From NCBI GenBank assembly GCA_051294905.1, contig CM119379.1, positions 20,274,001 to 20,338,000 of the forward strand: a stretch of DNA of 64,000 nt, written 5' to 3'. Position 1 is the stretch's first letter, and every line of letters starts with the position of its first letter. Positions 40,301-50,137 of the stretch are shown here, piece by piece. This DNA comes from Botryllus schlosseri. Taxonomy: Eukaryota. Under the pieces are notes generated by a model. That model was not told where the DNA came from, did not search any database, and saw nothing but the letters and a program-made list of their open reading frames with translations. The position numbers and the translations under genes are program-made.

Positions 40301-41819
40301 CACCATAATATGTCAAGCATGAAATAACTAGGGATGGTGTGAACGTGTGAGGTTCACGTTCGCGTTCTGTGTGTGAACCTCGGAAAATTTGAGGTTCGCG
40401 TTCACAACAGAACCTTGGTAGGTTCTGCACTGTGAACCTTTTTCATATATTGCAATTTTCACTTCATTATAACATCTTTGGTTCAAATTTATTGACTTTC
40501 AATTTCAACTGCGCGCCACTCTATGCATGGAGCTGGCAGCATAAACATTCAACACTAAACGAGCATGCCCTTGACAATCTCAAAAAATATTGTTACAAAA
40601 GTTTGCTCGAAATATCCAGCTTTCCGTTTGTGCATATTTAGTGTCTCTGTGCTGTGAGCTTGATCCGCAATCACATGACATCAAGAGCGAAATACACTGT
40701 ATTTTGACAGCGAATGATCCTAATTCAACCAATCAATGAGATTGATATCGTCTTCTGATGTAAAAATCTAGCAGGCGTACGGGGTCAATCTTGACTACAT
40801 ATGTATACTGCATCATAAAAACCAAATCCGTGCGACTGGGGTGTTGGCTATACTGCTGTATAACTTGTTAATGGGGTAATATCGGTAGCAAGTATAGAAA
40901 CACATTTTACACTCTGCTCAATATCCGTGTGGCAATACTCATACGCCGAATACATTGTCCGATCAGGTCGAAATTTATGGCAAAGCGACGCAAGATACTG
41001 ATTTTATGGGATTAATATATCATTTGATTGCCTCAGTTGATACATTTGGCGACGTTTAAAACGTCAATATGTATACTTAAGTACTGAGCTATTACGTGGC
41101 CCCGAGTCGTCGCTCGGTATCGTGTACAGTAGATTAATATAGGCAATCACCTAATTGAAATATGGGGTTGAAATTAGCAATATGACGTCCCGTGACGTCA
41201 TGAAGTTCACATTCGTGTTCACACAGAACCTTTCAAAAAGGTTCACGTTCACACGAACCTGAACCTTTCAGAGGTTCACACCATCCCTAGAAATAACCTT
41301 GCCTGAAAAGATATGGACAATAAAATGAAATAGTGCGCACCTGCACAATTCTTCAAGTTCTTTTACTATGCTAACATCTGTGCAGAGATCTTTCGCAATG
41401 CTTTCTTCATCATTGGCCATAGTCTCATCCGTATCCATATGGTAATCATCCAACACTTCGTCAGCATCCAACTGTTAAAAGGATTAATACTGCTTAGAAT
41501 CCTTTTGAAATATGGTGCAGGCTACAGGTTACTATGCTAACATGTAAAACAATTCTACTACTCTAGTGGATGCAAAATTGCAAACGTCCCAATATGAAAA
41601 GATAGGACAATTGCTTCAAAAACAGTGTAGTGTGTAACGCATCAGTCAAATAATGTATCACCGATATCAACTTATCGCATACGCTGATAAAATTATCGGT
41701 CCTTGAATGATACCTACTTTGAACTGTCCAACATGTATGACAGGCGATATCACACCAGCAAGTTCACGCAGATGGCCGACGGTTCCAGCTCGACCCTTAA
41801 GAGGCTTTAGCGACGACAT
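37379..41819 (-). CDS. SNAPC3: snRNA-activating protein complex subunit 3 (SNAP50), multi-exon
   Basis: Exon 1 MSSLKP..SPVIHVGQFK (41718-41819), then LDADEV..ELEELC, LKCPRDDEV.., FRVLGSQ / [62 protein letters not shown]..YP, and [36 protein letters not shown] (zinc finger); stop at 37379. Confidence 0.92.
40329..41289. mobile_element. hAT (Ac-like TIR) non-autonomous element, 961 bp, in a SNAPC3 intron
   Basis: TIR TAGGGATGGTGTGAAC / GTTCACACCATCCCTA. Perfect 8-bp TSD GAAATAAC (40321-40328 and 41290-41297). GTGAACC/GGTTCAC subterminal repeats. Confidence 0.92.
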
Positions 41820-42529
41820 GATCTCACTCAAATAGCCTATATCATAAACAATAAAAAATTACCTACTATGTAAAAAAGATATTACAAATATAGTAGGCCT
41901 ATGTCGCAGAGAAGTAAAATTTGTCAAACAAAGTAGGGTTTTACTTCCGCTCAAAGTGGGATGGAACCCAATGTAGACACATTTTTGTATAAATATCAAA
42001 AATTCTCATTCCTTTGGCAATGTTTCAAGGCAAATATCTGTTGAATCGACAGCTGGCAGTTTTATGATTCTATCATCTTCATGATTGTCCGGGTCATGAA
42101 GGACTTGGAGTACAAGCATTTTGTAACCATGACAGTAAACATTGCTGGAACGATGGATTGAAATTTCGTACTGCAAACAGGTAACGGGTGTCACAACAAA
42201 ATTTTCAGACTATGCATTGCATGAAAACAGAATTTCGACGGTATGAAGACTTTTTCAAACCATACTGAGTTACTAGTAGGAGTAAAATTCATATTTCAAT
42301 ACGAACACAGTGAGGAGTTGAATTTTTCGATCGAAGCTATTTGGTTGTTTCTTTGACAGTCAATTTTATAAAAATTCCTGTTAATGCAGACACCAGAAAC
42401 TACCAAGCCCATGGAGAGGACAGTTTCTTTTGCTATGACCCAGTGCTGCAATCAGCCTCCCCATGAATATCAAGGCACTTGGTATATCCCGCAGCAAGAC
42501 ATCATAACGAGACGTCAATGGAGCACAAA

Positions 42530-44047
42530 TCATCTCCTATGATGTCTGTGTCTGTCTCGATCACTGTGATGTGATCTCGAATGGCCGTCCGATCTCGAAT
42601 GGCGATGATCATGTTTCCGCCGTTTATCTCCCTTGTCCTCCTTTTCCTTTCGTCTCCTTTTGTTGAGCGTATTTCTAGGGTCGGTGATATCGTATCTGTC
42701 CTCGTTCTCATCCCGATTCATGTCCTTGGCGTCGCGCAATACGGAATCATCATTTTTGAACTTGTGCATCAACCAGCCGACTTTATCGTCCTCGTCGCTA
42801 CTGTCGTTTTTCGTAGTTACCGTAGGCTTGTCATCGTCATCGCTATCGTTCCAATTGGCCTCTTCTCGCACCGTCAGCATTTTCGATTTAAAATTATTCA
42901 ATAACTTCATCGTTTCCTCCTCTCTTCCGGTGCCTTTCTTTTTAGTCACTGCCGTTTTCGCCCTGAACTCCTTCTGCTGCGCCTTATAATCGGCGTATAT
43001 TGGATTCGTTTTTCTCAATTCCTCGCTATCACTATCGCTGTCAGACTCATTTTGTTCCTCAACCTCTTTCTTCTTTTTGGACAATTCGCGTGCAATCTGT
43101 CGCGACTCCTTTCGCAGTTGCTTGATTTTATCCGGGGCACTATCGGTAGACGTTAAACCATCAGTCGAACGCACGTTTCCGCCTTTATTCAAGGTGAGCT
43201 TATCTCTAATGCGTTCGGTCCGATTGCTTTTGCCTTCCTCATCGGATGACGATCTACTGTTTTCAATGACGTCTTCGCCATCACCAGATCCATCTTCTTC
43301 ATTTTTCATCGCAACATCCTCCACAGTCTTCGAACTCAAGCGTGGATCATTAGCTAAATCGTGGCTGCTTTTGGGGCCTTTGAATTGAATATCCATAGAT
43401 TCCTCCTCGTCGGCTTCTGCTTCTTCTCCAAACGACAATAATTTGTAATCCTTAGTAGCACGCGACTGGCTCTTTTTCTTTTTCTCTTCCGCCCTTTTCT
43501 TTTTATCCGGTTCGAAACGAGGCACAATGTCATCAAATGGATTAGCGATGACTTTGGTCTTTTTGATCGACGGGGGATTAATGGGACGCTCGTCCGTGTC
43601 CACACCACAATCACCTAGTCGGATCATATTGTAGATAGTGTCACCCGTTACTTTTCCAAAAATGGTGTGCTTCTTGTTCAAGTCATTACAAGGACCGAAT
43701 GTGAAGAAGAATTGACTCGTGTTGTCGTTCGGCCCAGCGTTGGCCATAGCAACCAGCCCTCTTCTCACGAATCGTAACCGTTGGTGGAATTCATCTTTAA
43801 AAGGTTGGCCATAAATCGACTCTCCGCCCATACCTGTCCCGGTGGGATCGCCTCCTTGTATTATAGATCCGGGAATAATTCGATGGAATATCACGCCGTT
43901 ATAATATCCCTCCATGCAGAGTTGCACAAAATTCCTGCATGCCAATGGGGCCTCTTTTGACCAAAGCTCAATATCAATATCACCCACTGTTGTTTGCAGT
44001 AGAACTTTGCCATCTGTAGATGGCTCCTTTATGTATATATTACTCAT
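42530..44047 (-). CDS. CWC27: Spliceosome-associated cyclophilin CWC27 (SDCCAG10), intronless, 505 aa
   Basis: MSNIYIKEPSTDGKVLLQTTVGDIDIELWSKEAPLACRNFVQLCMEGYY..DEFHQRLRFVRRGLVAMANAG..KHTIFGKV, NPFDDIVPR, LLSFGEEAE, KSSHDL..DPRL, and a charged tail with DPRNTLNKRRR. Confidence 0.97.
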   Translation of the reverse strand: MSNIYIKEPSTDGKVLLQTTVGDIDIELWSKEAPLACRNFVQLCMEGYYNGVIFHRIIPGSIIQGGDPTGTGMGGESIYGQPFKDEFHQRLRFVRRGLVAMANAGPNDNTSQFFFTFGPCNDLNKKHTIFGKVTGDTIYNMIRLGDCGVDTDERPINPPSIKKTKVIANPFDDIVPRFEPDKKKRAEEKKKKSQSRATKDYKLLSFGEEAEADEEESMDIQFKGPKSSHDLANDPRLSSKTVEDVAMKNEEDGSGDGEDVIENSRSSSDEEGKSNRTERIRDKLTLNKGGNVRSTDGLTSTDSAPDKIKQLRKESRQIARELSKKKKEVEEQNESDSDSDSEELRKTNPIYADYKAQQKEFRAKTAVTKKKGTGREEETMKLLNNFKSKMLTVREEANWNDSDDDDKPTVTTKNDSSDEDDKVGWLMHKFKNDDSVLRDAKDMNRDENEDRYDITDPRNTLNKRRRKEKEDKGDKRRKHDHRHSRSDGHSRSHHSDRDRHRHHRR

Positions 44048-44457
44048 TGGAAAATGTATATAAATTCCAATAGTATACTCTAGAAGTAACAGTATTTAAA
44101 ATATAGGTATTTGTATTAAACTGAAATGGTTGACTTAGAAATTTTTATGCATTTGCGTGTATATCTAAAAGTACAATTCGGGATTAGCAATGGTTCAATA
44201 AAATTGTGGCAACCCAGAAGTTGAAAAAACAAGGTTGTGGTAATGACTTCATAAATTGATTTCAACCAGATGACAAACATCTGAAATTTTTGAATTCAAA
44301 TAAAAAAGGCAGCACATAAAGAAGACCTAACATGGATATTGATAGCTTATATCTAACAATCAACCGATTAATTCAAGTTATACGTCAATAAGCATTTTAA
44401 ATTCATCAACATAGAAATCGCTGATTACAGTAAGTAGCATTGAAATTCATTTTAAAT

Positions 44458-45927
44458 TTAACTGTTCCAAGAAAGATCGTCTCCCAGTGCAAGTTTTACA
44501 TGAAGAGCATCTATTTCTTGGCGAGTGGGTGATTTGCAATTTGGCGAACACGGAATATCAAAGGACGAATTATTGCAACTTGATAACAAGTTATTGTTAT
44601 AGGAAGGATTAGGGCGAAGTAAAGCATCTGGAATAATTTCTGTACGATTTTTCATCAGTTCTGTATATGCGACATCTTCCACAATTTTTGCACTTTTGTT
44701 TCCTGTTATCGAGAGCAGTTTGTCCCAGCCGTCCTGGGTATTATCATCGTCACTGAGATCGAAAGACCTGGCACGCTTTACCGATCCCTGTTTGCAAATG
44801 CCGGATTCGTTTGTGACTTTACCAGGCTGCAGATGTACATACTTAGATCTTTTCAACGTAGGATTTGCTGACAGTTTCAAACCACATTTCAGAGTTAGCT
44901 CTCTAGCAGCTTGCTCTAATGATGCAGTTGAGTATGGAATTACGTTTGCATACACATTGTTTGGATTTACATATTTAACAAAATCACAAACTTCACTATA
45001 TGACGAATGAAAAGAGAAACAGTAGCGATAAGAATTATCAGATATTCGTTCACAAATTTGTTCCGGTAATCCCTGATCAGTGAAGTAAAGTGTGCTAAGG
45101 TTGATACTGAGAAAGTTCAAATGCTCCCCTACAAGATCTAGTTTATCCATCTTCATGCATGCAAAGATTCGCGCTGAATCGGGGTTTTCTGTAAGAACAC
45201 TGTAGGTTTGCTTTAAGCATTGATATAAATTCCTTCTGCGGCAATATATCTTGCAATTCATATCTTTATTCAATTCATGGAATATAAATTCATAGCCGTA
45301 CTTGGCACTCAAAAGTAATTTGATTGCATTATTTTCATCTTTTGCGAGCCATTCTCTGATCAAAGTCATTAAAGATGAAACAGATTCTTCTCTACTCGGA
45401 ATATAAACTGCATTAGGAGTGCAAAATGTTGTGTCAACATAAATTGATTTGATGTCTTTTTTCTTCTTATCAAAGGTGTGCAGCGATCTTATACGCTTGG
45501 CAGTGCCTTTGGAGAATCGAAAATCACCGGTATAAAGCACATTTCCTTCTTCCCCTTCAAAAAGAAACATAACTGACCCTGGACAGTGTCCTGCTGAAAT
45601 TAATGTTACAGCAACTGAGCACAATTGATCAGCTTCAACATTGAGTTGTATAATAGTCGAGCTCTCCAGTGGAAGCGAGGCAATGTATTTTTCCAATTTC
45701 ACATACCGCGGATCGGCGAGAAGTAATCCCCTTGTTACATCCGAAACGTATAACTTGATGTCTTTTCCTGATTCCAACGTTTGGAGAAATTTCGAGCTTG
45801 CTAAACCCACCATGTGATCAGTGTGGCAATGTGATAGGAAAAATGCAGATGACGATAAATTTGGTCCATCAAATCGATCAATCGAAATGTACTTGTATTC
45901 TTCCATCAGTCCACCAAAACAGCTCAT
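44458..45927 (-). CDS. DCLRE1C: Artemis (SNM1C) metallo-beta-lactamase/beta-CASP nuclease, intronless CDS, 489 aa
   Basis: N-terminus MSCFGGLMEEYKYISIDRFD, FFLSHCHTDHMVGL, AGHCPGSVMFLFEG..VLYTGDFR, YVDTTFC, CFSFHSSYSE. Tail motifs KRAR and KLALGD match Artemis rather than SNM1A/B. Confidence 0.95.
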   Translation of the reverse strand: MSCFGGLMEEYKYISIDRFDGPNLSSSAFFLSHCHTDHMVGLASSKFLQTLESGKDIKLYVSDVTRGLLLADPRYVKLEKYIASLPLESSTIIQLNVEADQLCSVAVTLISAGHCPGSVMFLFEGEEGNVLYTGDFRFSKGTAKRIRSLHTFDKKKKDIKSIYVDTTFCTPNAVYIPSREESVSSLMTLIREWLAKDENNAIKLLLSAKYGYEFIFHELNKDMNCKIYCRRRNLYQCLKQTYSVLTENPDSARIFACMKMDKLDLVGEHLNFLSINLSTLYFTDQGLPEQICERISDNSYRYCFSFHSSYSEVCDFVKYVNPNNVYANVIPYSTASLEQAARELTLKCGLKLSANPTLKRSKYVHLQPGKVTNESGICKQGSVKRARSFDLSDDDNTQDGWDKLLSITGNKSAKIVEDVAYTELMKNRTEIIPDALLRPNPSYNNNLLSSCNNSSFDIPCSPNCKSPTRQEIDALHVKLALGDDLSWNS

Positions 45928-46074
45928 TTTGGTAGATATTTAAGGGATAAAGATCTGCACCTGAAATAAAGCAATATATGACTGGAGATCCAAAAAGCTA
46001 CCGTACCGTACCGTACCAAGTAACAAAATATCTTATAGCAGAACAGAAAAGGGACATACGAGTGCTGAGGTAGT

Positions 46075-46130
46075 ATAGATAACTAACCTACCTACGGAGG
46101 TTAGTTATCTATATCCGTAGGTTAGTTATC
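46075..46130. repeat. Compound inverted repeat / hairpin next to a (CCGTA)n microsatellite
   Basis: ATAGATAACTAACCT-ACCTACGG-AGGTTAGTTATCTAT is a perfect 15-bp IR; a third arm CCGTAGGTTAGTTATC follows. CCGTACCGTACCGTACC at ~46001-46017. Confidence 0.85.
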
Positions 46131-46399
46131 AGATAGGCCTACGTGATTTCAGAGAAAATCTTTCCTGAGCCATGTATTATCATCATCATCATCATTAATT
46201 ACTGGACAGCAATCTCCGCAAGGCATGTCCTGCAATGTACATTATACCTTCTAGTCCACTCATTAGGTCAGAGAAAGCTGAAAATCGTCATACATTTAAA
46301 AAGAATTATGTTTATAATATCCGCAGACGGGACGGAGAAGTACGGTCTGCTGCGTTTCGTTCTGCATGAGTACGTGTAGCCGCAAAGGGGCTTTTAGCA

Positions 46400-46782
46400 G
46401 ATAATGTCTCAAATTAAAGTTGGAAGTGTGAAACTGGGCCCATTTTCTCGTAAACCCACGGTAGTCGAACTGCAGATAAAATATTTTGACAAAAGGTACA
46501 ATTCCACATCAAGTTACAATACGGAATTCTTTGCTGGGACCCGCTGTAAAAACTACAGCATCGGATTCTCCAAATCATTGCCAAGACCCCAAATGGGCCT
46601 GAATGTGCAACTGATAATTCGCTACTCAAAAGATTTGGTGTTCTAGACATGAGACATGAGGAAGGTAGAAATTGTTAAGTTTATGTATCAGTTCCATTGT
46701 GGTCACAGTTCCCCAAATTTCAAAGACTACTTCACATCGGAATCAAAAGTGCACAGCACAACCATTACACATGCGTGTCCTC
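46400..46782 (+). mobile_element. Degenerate LINE RT C-terminal fragment (older subfamily)
   Basis: Frameshifted homolog of 52770-53150 (KFMYQFHCG..F.DYFTSESKVH), truncated near the HKYNTR motif. Confidence 0.75.
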
Positions 46783-46793
46783 GAAGAACAACT

Positions 46794-47252
46794 ATCATCA
46801 TCATCATTGGTTTATTAGCAATTTTATCAGTTCAATACACCACAAAAATGCGATACAATGAAAAGACAGGAAGATGTCGAAGCGACAAGGAGTAGTCTAT
46901 GGAATCTGACACCCACCTTGGCCTAGGCGATGTAAAGAGGAGGCATGCACACTGAATGAAAGTAAAGAAGATAGTATAGAAGAAGAATGCGACAAGAAAT
47001 AGGGCGGCATGTCATGGGAAGCGAGATCGATAGGTCAGTCGTGGTCCGGTAATCTTGAGGATGGACTGTATTTATTTAGTAGTAATTGCTTGTATTTCGA
47101 CTTGAATGTGGACATGCTCGTCGACTGTCGGATGGCCGGCGGGATACTGTTCCACACATCAGGTCCGGCATATTTGATGGAGCGATGATCTTTTCGGTCG
47201 ATCATATGATATTTGGACGGCGTGGACGCGCGTGTGTTGTACTTGTGCACTT
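46794..47252 (-). mobile_element. Young 5'-truncated LINE copy (ORF end, 3' UTR and (ATG)n tail)
   Basis: HKYNTRASTPSKYHMIDRKD..LPDHD* is almost base-identical to 53130-53341; the 3' end GTATTGAACTGATAAAATTGCTAATAAACCAATGATGATGATGA is identical. Confidence 0.92.
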
Positions 47253-48247
47253 GCGTACCATAATTATGATCATGATCAGGACGGAATACAAGAAAACACA
47301 TTGCTTTATCAAGTATGCCGGACTGTAGTGTGGAACAGCAGTGTGATTTATGTCTTTCTTCTCGTACCACGTGACTTACCATTTATCAGCCCGTGTATTT
47401 CAATTATACGCCAGACTCATTTGCGATATCCTACTGTATATTCCATGCATAATCGACCAATATATCTATCTGAGGCAATAATATCGTTGCATACACGTTG
47501 ACGTTGTCAGATCAACGACTAACGCAAGGAACGTGCGTCTACCACTGCGAGCTATAAGTATTATCTCCCAGCCACACATTACGTGGAACTCAGGTTACAA
47601 CTCTAGCAGGTTATCAGACGACACACGCCTCCTATACCGACTACCCGACAGTCATCGAGTATGTCCATTGTCCAAATTCAAAAAATGATGATGATGATTA
47701 TCATGACGATACCGCTGTTTCACTTTGTCGCCACGATCGAGGCGGAGAAGGAATTTTAGACAGTTATCAATAATCACTGGTCTACACGATTTTTGCGCCA
47801 GGATTTCTTTGAATCATCGTTACCTAATTTTGGGGCGCTGAATCCGAATCTGGCGTTATTTTTGATCTGTCACGTCACGCCACGTTTCCAAAATAACATA
47901 TATATGTCGCTTATCACGACTTTTTCGGGGTAATCAAGTAGATTTTGCGTACTTGAAGTAGGCTACTTATTCAAGTGGTTATGTTTTCAGACTACTTCAA
48001 TTTCTATCTGAACAGTATTATGGATAAACTATTTAGGCTACTTTTGCAATTTAGGTTTTGAAAAGTATAGAAGTATTTTAGGGATAAGATTCCACCACTC
48101 TCATGAGCTAAATTGTCCTTCGAACTGCGTGAAATAGACCCTGAATCACGGTAACTATTAATATATTTTCGAAAATTCAGTAGAAGTGCACTGTGCAGTG
48201 ACATTATATTCATTTTGGGTTAGCCGAGTATACAGGCTATAATAGAA

Positions 48248-48608
48248 TAGGGTTACCACATACGTACTCCTTTAGGAGTATTTGTCCTCCTTTTTCGAGA
48301 TTTTGAAAATGTCCTCCGAGGACTCCTAAATGTCCTCCTTTTTGAGATTTTGTCCTTCATTTTTTTAGAATTTTGGGGTAAAAACCGGGCAAAATTAGAC
48401 CACCGTAAAATAGCACTGAACTGACGCTAAGACGGGACTGGCGGGCATTTCAAGAGCTGAACGAACGTTGACCTTTTTTTAGTCAACCGACTACGAGGAG
48501 GAAGAAGTTTACCATTTTATCAGGATTTCCCACCGGTATAGGCCTACTAAGTTTGAAAATTTAGAAAAAGTGTCCTCTTTTCCCGACTTTCAGAATATGG
48601 TAACCCTA
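48248..48608. mobile_element. hAT MITE, TAGGGTTACCA family, 361 bp
   Basis: TIR TAGGGTTACCA / TGGTAACCCTA, TSD TAATAGAA / TAATAGAT (7 of 8), TGTCCTC subterminal repeats. Confidence 0.88.
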
Positions 48609-49399
48609 TAATAGATGCATCTTGCGATTTCTTATGTAAAGTCACCTCCTATAGTAACTGTCAGAGTCCACTTTTCCAGATTAGGACACGCCATGGACTG
48701 CTAGATTACGATATGATAAGTAAATGCTAGATTGCGAAACTTCAGTTTCAAACGCTATGATGAGCCATTATATTATAAACTGTGATGGAATATTTGATAT
48801 GGCGAAGGGCGACAATGCGGTGTGAACGGAACCACGCAACCCGCTACCTAAATTATATTCACCGCTACGATCATAAAATACTACTGGTCACCCCGAATCC
48901 ACTGCGCTCGCTAAGCGCGACGAAAATTCTGGGCTTTATTCAAATTTTATGAAAATGAAATATTGATGCTCCGTGAAAACAGCCTCGAAATTCCTCAGGC
49001 TATCTTCCCGTTTGGAGGATTAAACTACTTCTACTTGACAAACTGAATATAGCGAAAAGTAAGTAAGTAGATCACAAAATATTTCGAAGTAGAAGTATAA
49101 GTATCGAAAATCAGATCTACTTGAGTAAGTACCAGAAGTAGAGCAAAATTACTTGAGTACTTCGAAAAAGTAGAAGTACTTCGTTACTGACCACCTCTGG
49201 ATATATATATCCCTTGTTGCCAGTCAACATCTGGTACTGTTAAACGTTCTTTCTCCATTCTTGACAACCTATATTTAGGATAAGGACAGACACCTTCTAT
49301 CCAAGAAAGTTGGAAAGTATATTTCGTTCTTATTTTACCATAAGGCGTGATGAAACTACTGTAATTCTTCATAGGTCCAGATTTCGTTAAAATGAAGTT

Positions 49400-49640
49400 T
49401 TTTCATGTAAAAATTTGTCAGTTTTCAAGTCAAAAAAGTTTTGTTTAGGCAAAATTACTTCGTAAGGACAGTCGGTTCCAATCAGCAATGAAGGTAAGTT
49501 GTACGTACATGTACATTTGTACAATTCTAACAGGAAAACACTTAATTTACATACATGAGGTAAAAATTTGGCCAAAATAAAGTTTTTTTAAGGTAAAAAA
49601 TTGTCAAAATTTTGATTTTTTAAGTCAAAATCTTTTGTTT
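49400..49640. repeat. Degenerate A/T-tract tandem-like repeat
   Basis: Repeated (AG/TG)TCAAAA..TTTT units, e.g. AAGTCAAAAAAG, TTGTCAAAATTTT, AAGTCAAAATC, AGGTCAA. Confidence 0.45.
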
Positions 49641-50137
49641 TTAGGTCAATACAAAATCGACCTAGTTACGACTGTTGATGAGAGAATTGTCAAATATGAA
49701 ATTCGGACTATACACAGAGCAATAACTAAATATTCGAGATGAATCACGCGGAGCGCGAAAATAATTTCAGTTGACCGCAGCTTCGCGCCCCGCTTCAGAT
49801 GCTTTTCACGCGCACCATTGATCTAAAAATTACAATAACTGTGATAAGAGCCACTCCACAGTCCACAGTATACAGAGAGTATATATTACAGTATCCGCGC
49901 ACTCAGTGATTTTCGGTAATAACAGCAATGACATGAAATACAGATTGCTTGATATCCCCTCGTCCATAATGGGGATTCGTGTAGCCTATACGTACTACGT
50001 AGTGGCTATATTGATCATCAATCAAGTTATATTGCTATATGCCTATATCCTTGATCCTTGAGTGGTAGATATGGTTGCATGGATGATGGAAAAAGTAAAT
50101 TTTGTAGTTTGATTTGAACATGGAAATCGGAATAATG

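Noticed and set aside
42006-42194. 62-aa ORF as SNAPC3 first exon or a separate gene
   Set aside because: It ends in a stop with no usable donor; a better SNAPC3 start with a conserved motif is at 41819.
42581-43614. Plus-strand ORFs of 103-118 aa and an overlapping minus ORF within CWC27
   Set aside because: Antisense or alternative-frame shadows of a charged, low-complexity CDS.
46400-47252. Classical twin-priming 5' inversion of one LINE
   Set aside because: The inverted piece lies on the tail side rather than the 5' side, and the two parts differ greatly in divergence.
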